Virus record (IMG/VR): IMGVR_UViG_3300008966_000004 | Span: 1-57,242 of that record | Strand: one strand, 5' to 3' | Length of the DNA: 57,242 nt | Origin: a virus | Taxonomy: Duplodnaviria > Caudoviricetes | The notes under the pieces: model-generated | Databases searched by the model: none | Seen by the model: only the letters and a program-made list of their open reading frames with translations | Told to the model about the DNA's origin: nothing | Part shown: positions 1-8,600 of the stretch, piece by piece | Position numbering within the stretch: the first letter of the stretch is position 1 | How the letters are laid out: the number at the start of each line of letters is the position of its first letter | Translations under genes and position numbers: made by a program

Positions 1-3
1 TTT

Positions 4-360
4 TTACCACCTGTTTTTTGGTTTGTCTTTTTCTACTATCGCAATAATTCTTAATATTTCTTTGCTCTCGCTATCAGTAAAAATACCAATATAACGATCA
101 ATTAATTCAAATCTAGTCTCAGACTTGCATCTTTCTATTTCCAAAGAATACCCCCTTAACTCATCATCTATATTAATAAAGGTGAAATCGTTTAAATCAT
201 AAAAAGACCTGCAAGCAAGTGTAGTCGCCATTCTATTTACTGTCCTGCTGTAAATGTCGGTAAGTAAATATGCTTGTTTCTCAGTGAGGTTTTTATCTGA
301 TTTTATAATATTTTCAATTATTGCTTTGCCAGTAATTGGAACTATAAGTAATTTGCTCAT
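4..360 (-). CDS. hypothetical protein
   Basis: ORF track 4..387; GGAG RBS precedes the ATG at 360 (MSKLL...), so that start is preferred. Confidence 0.6.
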   Translation of the reverse strand: MSKLLIVPITGKAIIENIIKSDKNLTEKQAYLLTDIYSRTVNRMATTLACRSFYDLNDFTFINIDDELRGYSLEIERCKSETRFELIDRYIGIFTDSESKEILRIIAIVEKDKPKNRW

Positions 361-580
361 ATTTTTACTCCTCCTTATTTTTAACAAAGGTTTTCTTCTG
401 CTGTTCTAGCCGCAGACAAATAATAATTGATGATAGCCTTTAGTTGTATAATTATTGACTTCTCGGCTTGGTTTGTATCTACATAATTTTCTAAACACTC
501 GGCATAATGCTCGGCATTCTTTAATGCGACTTCTATAATCTGCTCTTTAAAATCTTGGTCTGAATCGGCATTGTATTTTT

Positions 581-1113
581 CCCGTCCTACGCTAAAAAAT
601 TGTTCAAAGCTATAAAACCGCAGAAATAAGCCATTTTATTTAAAAATCTTGAAATTTAACGTAGGACAAAGTCCGTCCTGCGCTATCAAACGGCTAACTT
701 CTGCCCTTTTTAGTGATTTATAATGAAAAAATTTTTTAGCGTAGGATTAGCGTAGGATAACCACTAGTCCTACGTTAAAAGGTGGCGGAGTTCTGCGGTT
801 CATAAGAAATAAAATTTTAACGTAGGACAGAAAACACGAGAGGACGCCTAAAAAAACAGAGTAAATAAAAAAAGAAAATAAAAAAAATAACTAAAAAATC
901 TCTTTTCTTAGGTAAAAAATTTAAGTATTTCTCTATATTCAGTCCTACGTTACAACTTTTTTAGCTCGCAAACGGCGGAGTTCTGCGGTGTTTTAACGTA
1001 GGATTTGATCCGTCCTACGTTAGTCCTACGCTACAACAAAAAAGACTAGAGAATGTCGCATAAACGGCAAGAACAAGCCATCTTTTAACGTAGGATGGTT
1101 TTAGTCCTGCGCA
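581..1113. repeat. putative replication origin: 13 copies of GTCCT(A/G)CG(C/T)T-like iterons in both orientations around an A-rich core
   Basis: Copies at ~584,658,675,738,749,767,819,942,995,1012,1023,1087,1104; 738-780 and 991-1032 form an imperfect inverted repeat flanking A-tracts at 850-900; GGCGGAGTTCTGCGGT repeated at 784 and 974; directly upstream of the primase-helicase. Confidence 0.75.
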
Positions 1114-1327
1114 AAAAAAGATAAACAAGTAAAAAAAGACATTACATTCCGTGGTCGGGATTCTTACCGACAAAGATAATTCACATTGCCATAAAAGCTT
1201 TACTACACAAGAGTTAACGCTGGGTATTTTAGGATAAGATAAAAAGCAGTGCTTGAAGATTACACTTGAAAAAGCGGAGAGATATGGTTATCGTAGAGGA
1301 AGTTAAAAATTAGGGAAATAAGGCCTT

Positions 1328-1406
1328 AAAAAGCAAAAAACCTGCTAACTTTTTTCGGAGCTTGCAGGTTCTTTGTTTTATTCATGCTAGAACAAACATA
1401 AAATAT
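1328..1406 (-). ncRNA. candidate counter-transcribed antisense RNA over the primase leader
   Basis: Minus-strand TTGACT(1441-1436)-17 bp-TATCAT(1418-1413) promoter, followed by hairpin AACCTGC..GCAGGTT (1370-1339) and a U-tract. Confidence 0.5.
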
Positions 1407-1412
1407 AATCGA

Positions 1413-3956
1413 ATGATAGACCCAAATAGTTCAGAAGTCAACAAATATCAATACATCCCTGTAAACTTGAGAACGTACGTACAAGCTCAAATGAAAGCTG
1501 GTCGGGTTACTTCTTCCTTTGATGCTCATATTACTGCCAATATAGGCTTTATTGCAGGATTACTTGGTAACATTGCACAAGTAAAGCTCTCCGCTGGTTT
1601 TAGTGTTTATCCCAACCTTTACAGCTATATCATCGGTGAATCTGGACAAGGAAAGAGTGGATACTTAACACCTGGGCTTAAGCTTATATCCAAGATTCAG
1701 ATTGAAAAGGACGCCCTTTACAAGAATGAAAAGGAAAGAAGAGAGAAACTAAAAAAAGAACAGGATCAAGAAAATAAAAAACGCAAGGTTAATGAAGAGA
1801 TACTTGTTTTTAATCAGGACTTAAAAAACGATTATCCTGATGGGATATTCAATACAAAATACCCTCTTTTTACAGGTGACTTTACAATTGAAGGCTTACA
1901 GGAACTAGCGGCGGTAACCACTGGGGGTAATTGCTTTGCTGTTCGTGATGAATTTGCGGGGACTTTCAATACATTTAAGAAACCAGGCAGACAAAATGAC
2001 GTTCCTTTCCTTAATGAAGCTTACGAAGCATCTGGGGTTTACTCAATCACTCGTAAGATGAAAGAGGCTAAGATACCGCCTATTTACAATTTATGCTGTA
2101 GTTTACTTGGGGGGATTCAGAAAACCGCTATTTATAGAATTCTTGATGATTATGAGAAAAAGGGAGACGGCGATGCATTGCATGCAAGATTTCAGAACTT
2201 ATCCATTTTGGAATTATATGAGGAATATCAGGAAGCAGAAGCAATTAACCCTGCGTATATTAAGGCTTTTGAAGATGTAGTCAGACAAATAATAGATGAA
2301 AGGGTGATTTTCTCAAAAATAAAACCAGAAGCACATGCACCGCATATTTTTAGATTATCTCATGAAGCTGAAGCTCTTTATAAAAACTTTTCTCGTGATA
2401 CTATCGTATCAACAGGCAATACGCTTTTTAATGAATTTATAAGAAAAACACCTACTTTCTTATTAAAAATAGCTCTTATATTTCATATTTTAAAAAAGCA
2501 AAACCACATTTTTGTGGGTATGGAACAAGATTTCATAAGCGGTGATACGATGTATGAAGCCTTGAAATATATAAGAACCAAGGTTGAATATGCCAATCAG
2601 CTTTATAGAGTAGAGAGCAATATCAGTATTAGAACAGAGGCTAGCACTGATAAAGTAAAAAAATATTTACATAATCAGGAAACGGCTTTTTATCGAAAAT
2701 TTACGGCTAAAAAAGAATTGTGGACAATAAGAGATTTAGCCTTTACTCATGATAAAAGTCTACCTACAAAACAAAATAATAGTATTGATTACGAATCCTT
2801 ATCTAGCATCTTACAGTATCTAGTTAATGAGGAGCAGCTATACTTTATTGAAGAAGAACATCCAAAAAACAGAACGATTATAAAAAAGTATTCTTTATTT
2901 CCTATAGAGATACCTACTACTCCCCCACCAGATCAAGGCAATACTACTCCTAATAACAAAAATCAGGAAAGCGTAGTTTTAAATATGCCTCTTATAGAAA
3001 ACAAAAGTTTATCTAAAAGAACTTACAGTACTAACCTTTCCTTAAAGGATCATTTAAAAAACATTAAGGACAAGATAGATGTAAGAGAGTTCCTGAAAAA
3101 ATACCTTGATATTAAAAAGGGCGTAGCTTTATGTCCTTTTCACGATGACCGCAATCCGTCCTTATCGGTAACTCGGCAATACTATCATTGCTTTTCATGC
3201 GGCGTACACGGCGATAGTCTTGACTTCCTGATTAACCTAAGGGGCTTGGACTTCAAAGACGCCTTAAAAGAGCTTGAATATTACAGCAATACTAATCCGA
3301 TTGTAGTTAAGGAAGAGCCTAAGATAGACAATAGTGCTTCTTTACAGAAGCAATTAAATGAAATATGGAACACGGCGGTATTTACGAGCGATGATAAGCT
3401 GTATTTAAAAAAGAGGTGGAAGTTGGATAAGCAGCAGGCTAAGCCTGTGCCTTTAAAGATTTCTGCTCTGCGTTATCATCCTCATTTACAGTATACGAGC
3501 ATCGGCAATGATAAATTGTTCTATCCTGCGTTAATTAGCAAGATTGAGGACAAGTTTGGCAATTTTATAGGTCTGCAAAGAACTTATTTAAGCGATGATT
3601 TTACTTTCAAGAGGGATATAAGCCCAGTACGCAAGATTCTAGGGCGTTTAAGCGGCGGATATGTAGCAATAGAGGAATTTACGCAGAATAACAGACTTTA
3701 CGTTGGTGAGGGCGTAGAATCGGTTTACAGTGCCAAATTACTGCTGGGCAACGAAGGAAGTTATTATGCAGCATTAAGCAGCACGAATTTGCCTGATTTG
3801 CCTTCCCGTTTTAATGAGATAGTAATTTTAGCCGATAATGATGAAGCTGGCATTTCTTTTGCCGAGCGTATGAAAGAGAAATACAAGGACAAGATCTCAG
3901 TGTTATTTCCAGAAAGGCAATATAAGGATTTTAATGACGAATTACAGAACAATTGA
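1413..3956 (+). CDS. DUF3987-type helicase fused to C-terminal CHC2 zinc finger + Toprim primase
   Basis: Walker A GESGQGKS, RDEF Walker B-like, CPFHDDRNPS..YHCFSCG zinc finger, VGEGVES..ILADNDEAG..KDFND Toprim; ORF is open from TTG 1362, ATG 1413 preferred. Confidence 0.85.
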   Translation: MIDPNSSEVNKYQYIPVNLRTYVQAQMKAGRVTSSFDAHITANIGFIAGLLGNIAQVKLSAGFSVYPNLYSYIIGESGQGKSGYLTPGLKLISKIQIEKDALYKNEKERREKLKKEQDQENKKRKVNEEILVFNQDLKNDYPDGIFNTKYPLFTGDFTIEGLQELAAVTTGGNCFAVRDEFAGTFNTFKKPGRQNDVPFLNEAYEASGVYSITRKMKEAKIPPIYNLCCSLLGGIQKTAIYRILDDYEKKGDGDALHARFQNLSILELYEEYQEAEAINPAYIKAFEDVVRQIIDERVIFSKIKPEAHAPHIFRLSHEAEALYKNFSRDTIVSTGNTLFNEFIRKTPTFLLKIALIFHILKKQNHIFVGMEQDFISGDTMYEALKYIRTKVEYANQLYRVESNISIRTEASTDKVKKYLHNQETAFYRKFTAKKELWTIRDLAFTHDKSLPTKQNNSIDYESLSSILQYLVNEEQLYFIEEEHPKNRTIIKKYSLFPIEIPTTPPPDQGNTTPNNKNQESVVLNMPLIENKSLSKRTYSTNLSLKDHLKNIKDKIDVREFLKKYLDIKKGVALCPFHDDRNPSLSVTRQYYHCFSCGVHGDSLDFLINLRGLDFKDALKELEYYSNTNPIVVKEEPKIDNSASLQKQLNEIWNTAVFTSDDKLYLKKRWKLDKQQAKPVPLKISALRYHPHLQYTSIGNDKLFYPALISKIEDKFGNFIGLQRTYLSDDFTFKRDISPVRKILGRLSGGYVAIEEFTQNNRLYVGEGVESVYSAKLLLGNEGSYYAALSSTNLPDLPSRFNEIVILADNDEAGISFAERMKEKYKDKISVLFPERQYKDFNDELQNN

Positions 3957-4977
3957 CCTATTTGCCGGTATCGGCGGTTTTAGAATGGGTTTTGAGAATA
4001 CAGGGTATTTTACTAATGTTTTTGGGGTGGAAAATGACAAATTCGCCTGCCTGACATACTTAGAAAACTTTAATGAAAATCCCATAGGGGATATTAGCAT
4101 AATAGATAATGAAAGAATACACGAATTAGTCCCTGATTTTGACGTATTGCTTGCAGGCTTTCCCTGTCAGGCATTTTCCATAGCGGGACACAGGAAAGGC
4201 TTTACCGACTCTAGAGGACATTTATTTTTTGATGTGATGAGAATTTTAAACATTAAGAAACCACAAGCTTTTTTACTGGAAAACGTAAAAGGTTTGCTCA
4301 GTCATGATAAAGGAGAGACATTTAAAACGATACTTAAATATTTACAGGAAGCAGGTTATAACGTTTTTTACGAAGTTCTTAACTCTAAAGATTACAATTT
4401 GCCTCAAAATAGGGAAAGAGTATTTATTGTTGGTTTCAGGAATAAATTAAATTTCAGTTTTCCTGAAAAAATCAAATTGGAAAAATGTGTGCTGGATATA
4501 CTGGAGCAAGAAGTAGATAAAAAGTACTTTTTATCAGAGCGTTATATAGAATGCCTAAAAAGGCATAAGGAAAGACATCAAAATAAGGGCAACGGATTCG
4601 GATTTCAAATTTTAGACGTAAAGGGAATAGCTAATACGCTAATGGCTCGCAGTAGCGGCGTAGAACGTAATTTAATAAAAATAGGGTCTTTTAATAAAGG
4701 TGGCCAAGGAGACAGGGTTTATTCACCCCTAGGGATTTCCACATGTTTATCCGCTAATGGAGGAGGAAGGGGAGCTAAAACAGGTCTCTATTTGATAGAA
4801 GAGCAAATTAGAAAATTAACGCCTCGTGAATGTGCTAGATTACAAGGGTTTCCTGATTCTTTTAAAATTCCAGTAAGTGATACGCAGAGCTATAAACAAT
4901 TCGGCAACAGCGTGAGCGTTCCGGTAGTAGAAGCGATAGCGAGGAATATTTTAAAAGCTTTAGAGAGTGTATTTTAA
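3934..4977 (+). CDS. DNA cytosine-5 methyltransferase (orphan; possibly two target-recognition domains)
   Basis: DLFAGIGG motif I, GFPCQAFS motif IV, ENV motif VI, QNRER motif VIII, YKQFGNSV motif X. Confidence 0.95.
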   Translation: MTNYRTIDLFAGIGGFRMGFENTGYFTNVFGVENDKFACLTYLENFNENPIGDISIIDNERIHELVPDFDVLLAGFPCQAFSIAGHRKGFTDSRGHLFFDVMRILNIKKPQAFLLENVKGLLSHDKGETFKTILKYLQEAGYNVFYEVLNSKDYNLPQNRERVFIVGFRNKLNFSFPEKIKLEKCVLDILEQEVDKKYFLSERYIECLKRHKERHQNKGNGFGFQILDVKGIANTLMARSSGVERNLIKIGSFNKGGQGDRVYSPLGISTCLSANGGGRGAKTGLYLIEEQIRKLTPRECARLQGFPDSFKIPVSDTQSYKQFGNSVSVPVVEAIARNILKALESVF

Positions 4978-5123
4978 TAGATAAGGGCCAAACTACCTAG
5001 ATTTATGGAAGCTAATAACCTACAACCCTATATAAATCAAGATATACAAGAGGTGGCCAAACTTCATTTCCCTCCCCAAGTCATCGCATGTCGAGAAAAA
5101 TAACTTTTTTGTATATATATGAC

Positions 5124-5152
5124 TTGACAACACTTCTTTAGTCTGGTATTAC
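5124..5152 (+). promoter_or_regulatory. sigma70-type promoter, member of shared TA(G/A)TCTGG family
   Basis: TTGACA-17 bp (ending TAGTCTGG)-TATTAC. Confidence 0.6.
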
Positions 5153-5176
5153 TTGGTTATTAGTAAGGAGCGAAAT

Positions 5177-5561
5177 ATGAATATAAGTGAAGCTTAGCTA
5201 ATGGAGATAAGAGTGACAATAAGTAAAGAAAAAGCAGAAGAATTAAGAGATAAATTTCTACTGCGACTGCAAGCTGACTTAGAAAAAATACTACATACAA
5301 CTATTGATATTATGGTTTTATTAAACAAGCTACTGTCGAGGATATTAGAACATTAAGTAATGGTCTAACAAAATTCCGTGGTGATATTAGTTTAGCTCTT
5401 GGTTATATGGACAGTTATAATGAATATTTACGGAGTAAAATTGGTTACCACTACTATTAGATTTCCCTTTAAAGAAACAGGATTTTACAGAAGAAGAATT
5501 AAAATATTTTAAATTTTACGATGAGCCGAATAATCATCGCAGAATTGCCAGAGAAGACTAA
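5177..5561 (+). pseudogene. fragmented small gene(s)
   Basis: Strong AAGGAG RBS and ATG at 5177 followed by an early TAG; coding-like fragments in shifting frames up to 5561. Confidence 0.35.
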
Positions 5562-5580
5562 TAAATAACAAGGAGCAGAT

Positions 5581-6882
5581 ATGAATACAGAAAGAAAAAC
5601 TAGAATAATAACCAGGCCTAATGAGGTCAGAGCAAAAATAGTTCCAAGTGATTACAACAAAGCTGGAGTAAAAAGAATAACTATTTATATAGGCAAAGAT
5701 ATATATAATGATTTTTTTACTAAACAGGAACGTAAAGGTGATACTAGAGTAAAGCTTGATTTAAAAGAAGACGGGAAGCTGATTTTAAGAAAAACCCGTT
5801 ATCCTGAAGGGGCTAAGCTTTGCCTGCAAGGTAGGGAGATTTACGGCACACATAAGATACTGACTACTCTACCTAGTAAATTTGATTCCTCAACTCTTCC
5901 AAGTAGCAATCATGCTTTGAATTTCAATTTTATAAAAGAATTCGGAGTAAAATCGTTGGAACTAATGCCTCAGTCAGTAAATAAAAAAGCTATAGAAAAC
6001 AATATGATTATAAACAAAAAGTCCTTAGCTCCTAAGGATTATGAGATAAGATTAAAAGTTAACACATATAACAAGACTTTTAGACTTTATTTTACAAAGC
6101 TTATATACGATAAATTTATCGTAAGGGGGAATAATATAGGAAGAATAGAGTTTAAGTTCCCTGTTTCTCCTTTAGCTAAATACTTCTTTTTAAGAAGAGT
6201 ATCAGACTTAAAATCCAGTGGCAAAAAACTAGGGCATAAAATAATCAAGAATAGCCATAGCAACAGTTATACAGTGATGGGCAGAATTCCAGAGTATTTT
6301 GATGCTTCATTTATAACCCCTGAAAATCATGTTGTAAACTATGTTACAGCGGAACTTGCTGGCAATGTTGTTACAATTCACCCGCAGACGATTGAAACCT
6401 TAATAAACAAAAAAGAACCAATCCTACAACATTTTAAATGTTATACCGAACTTGCAAAAGACTCGATAGGTAATGAATTATCTTTAGCAATACCTATTGA
6501 TGATCATCATTTAACTAAACAATATATGGAAGAAAATATTATGTCTATATCACCAAAAGAAATAAACAAACCTATTAACGAACTAGAAAAAAACCAAGAA
6601 GAAATGTTTAGTGGTTTAATTGAGAAGTTTAATAACACTACTCAAGAAGTGCTAAAAAGCGTTTTAGAAAACGAGCTAGCAGATATCAGAAATACAATAA
6701 GTGCTAAAAACAATGATATTGATGAAAAGCTAATAGCTAAAGCCAACGATATGTTCCAAGGCATACTAGATAACATCCTGCAAAAAGAACTGGAAGTGAT
6801 TAAGGAGCAAATAAGAGGCAATGAGAAAGATATTAAGGATATACTAAAGGAACTCGTAAAAATTTCTCGATTTTATAGATAA
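5581..6882 (+). CDS. hypothetical protein with two tandem related domains and a C-terminal coiled coil
   Basis: AAGGAG RBS; repeated YNK..R..IY....IY..F and NH..N...P(Q)(S/T) pattern; heptad-rich C-terminus. Confidence 0.75.
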   Translation: MNTERKTRIITRPNEVRAKIVPSDYNKAGVKRITIYIGKDIYNDFFTKQERKGDTRVKLDLKEDGKLILRKTRYPEGAKLCLQGREIYGTHKILTTLPSKFDSSTLPSSNHALNFNFIKEFGVKSLELMPQSVNKKAIENNMIINKKSLAPKDYEIRLKVNTYNKTFRLYFTKLIYDKFIVRGNNIGRIEFKFPVSPLAKYFFLRRVSDLKSSGKKLGHKIIKNSHSNSYTVMGRIPEYFDASFITPENHVVNYVTAELAGNVVTIHPQTIETLINKKEPILQHFKCYTELAKDSIGNELSLAIPIDDHHLTKQYMEENIMSISPKEINKPINELEKNQEEMFSGLIEKFNNTTQEVLKSVLENELADIRNTISAKNNDIDEKLIAKANDMFQGILDNILQKELEVIKEQIRGNEKDIKDILKELVKISRFYR

Positions 6883-6971
6883 TGGAAATTTAACAGATTT
6901 AATGGAATATTAGAGAAAAACAATCTTGGTTTTCTAGAATTTTTGGATAGGTAATTTTAGCGGAGTAATAT

Positions 6972-7154
6972 ATGAAGAAAGCATTAAAATTTGATGAAGA
7001 TTTAGGCGATTTTATGCCTTTCTTCTGTAACAGTTGCAATACAAATATTAGTAACAATATCATTGTAAAAGTAGGTATTAATTTCTACAAAAGTCCTTTA
7101 TGCGTTAGATGCAATGAATCAAGAGGCATTAAAATTCATAATAAGGAGGAGTAG
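6972..7154 (+). CDS. small zinc-ribbon protein
   Basis: CNSC and CVRC pairs; GGAG RBS. Confidence 0.6.
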   Translation: MKKALKFDEDLGDFMPFFCNSCNTNISNNIIVKVGINFYKSPLCVRCNESRGIKIHNKEE

Positions 7155-7244
7155 GTCCAAGAAACAAGATTAACTGAACCTATAAAAGCCGTTAAAACCA
7201 TAGAACCAAAAAGAAGAACAAGAATTTTTAAAAGGAGCAATTAA

Positions 7245-7721
7245 ATGAAAAGAATAGAAACAATCTGTAAACACTTAATAGATTCAGTAGAGAAAAACAA
7301 TCTAGAGGAAGTAAAAAAGCTTACGGAAGAATTAAAGCATGATGTTAATAGAATAGTACCGCATAAAAACAAGCAGGAGCGTGATGCTCTTACTGAAGCC
7401 GTCCATCATGGGAATATTACAATTGTTAATTACCTAATTAATAACTACGGCAATGTAAATATATTTTATAATGGTGGTAAATGGAATGCTCTAACGGAAG
7501 CTGTAGCTCATAAAAACGGGGAAGTATTTAAGTTGCTTTTATCTAAAGCTAGTCTTGATACAAAACAAAAGGTTATGGATTATATTAGGGATGAGGATTA
7601 CGATGAGAAAATGCTTGATATATTAACGACTTCGGTAGGTCAAGACCTTGCCCCACTTTTTGATTTCTTCCATGAAGTAGGATTTTCTGGGGCTAATTGG
7701 AACGCAGAAGAAAGCCAATAA
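7245..7721 (+). CDS. ankyrin-repeat protein
   Basis: ALTEAVHHGNITIVNYLI..G.NVN and ALTEAVAHKNGEVFKLLL ankyrin-like repeats; AAGGAG RBS. Confidence 0.8.
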   Translation: MKRIETICKHLIDSVEKNNLEEVKKLTEELKHDVNRIVPHKNKQERDALTEAVHHGNITIVNYLINNYGNVNIFYNGGKWNALTEAVAHKNGEVFKLLLSKASLDTKQKVMDYIRDEDYDEKMLDILTTSVGQDLAPLFDFFHEVGFSGANWNAEESQ

Positions 7722-7989
7722 ATAATAGGAGGAATATATGAAGGATAAATTTTTAATAATAACTGCAATTGTTGTAGCATTATTAGTTGGTTACTATTTT
7801 GAGTTCCACAGCGGAATAAAAAAGAATAGTGATAATTCTGGAATAGAACACGAATTAGTAAAATAAATATGGAACTTAAAGAAATAAAGTGTATTGCTAG
7901 TCGTATACAACGAGAAATAACAAATAAGGCTTACACAAGCAGCAACTTATTTCTAACTGACGTTGAAGAACTAATAAGGAGGATTCTTG

Positions 7990-8205
7990 ATGAAGCTTAA
8001 AACACGTTTAGCTAATAAAGCTGGTGCGAAAAATATTTTTACTCAAATAATGCCGGAAATGCAGCAAAGAATAAAAGATTTTATTGATGCAGAGTCTAAA
8101 GCGAATGGCTTTGTTGAAAAAAGAAGTAATGCTTCATTTTTTAGGGAAGCAATTGGATATTATCTTGATAAACATGAGAAAAAATATTTTAAGAAAGAAG
8201 AGTAA
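7990..8205 (+). CDS. small ribbon-helix-helix-like DNA-binding protein
   Basis: Pattern IFTQIMPEMQQRIKDFI...SNASFFREAIGYYL; AGGAGG RBS. Confidence 0.5.
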   Translation: MKLKTRLANKAGAKNIFTQIMPEMQQRIKDFIDAESKANGFVEKRSNASFFREAIGYYLDKHEKKYFKKEE

Positions 8206-8208
8206 AAT

Positions 8209-8385
8209 ATGAAAATCCAGCTAGAACCTTACATAGAAGAGCTTATAGACGATGTAGTAAGGTATACAACCTTAAGCAAGCAGGATGTAATAAACTACTT
8301 TGTAAAGGAAGGGTATAGTAATTTCTTCTTTAGTAATGATCTTGAGGATTTACTTGATCATTATTTGGAGGAGTGGAAAAAATGA
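8209..8385 (+). CDS. small RHH/CopG-like protein (58 aa, below ORF-track cutoff)
   Basis: MKIQLEPYIEELIDDVVRYTTLSKQDVINYFVKEG...; stop overlaps the next ATG (ATGA). Confidence 0.5.
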   Translation: MKIQLEPYIEELIDDVVRYTTLSKQDVINYFVKEGYSNFFFSNDLEDLLDHYLEEWKK

Positions 8386-8600
8386 AAATCAGACCTTTTA
8401 TTATTCCTTCTGTTGTCTTTATGGTAGTTTTTTTGGTTCTATCAATAATTAATAATATGTCAGCAGATTTAAAAAAGATAGAACTAAGAGCTGATTTAGT
8501 TGAGCTGGTAATAGCCAGCGATCCAACACTTTCTAACGAAGAAATCAAACATAAGGTTAATGATTTGTACAAGTTTATTCTGGAAAATGAAAAACAATAA
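8382..8600 (+). CDS. small membrane-anchored protein
   Basis: N-terminal hydrophobic helix FIIPSVVFMVVFLVLSII; GGAGG RBS. Confidence 0.6.
   Translation: MKIRPFIIPSVVFMVVFLVLSIINNMSADLKKIELRADLVELVIASDPTLSNEEIKHKVNDLYKFILENEKQ

Noticed and set aside
381-636. Minus-strand open frame running out of the origin (…NADSDQDFKEQIIEVALKNAEH…)
   Set aside because: Looks coding but has no ATG/GTG/TTG start in frame; cannot be supported as an intact gene
581-1113. CRISPR array
   Set aside because: Repeats are ~10 bp, in both orientations, irregularly spaced, with no cas genes
3934-4977. Restriction-modification system
   Set aside because: No adjacent endonuclease gene for either methyltransferase; both appear to be orphans
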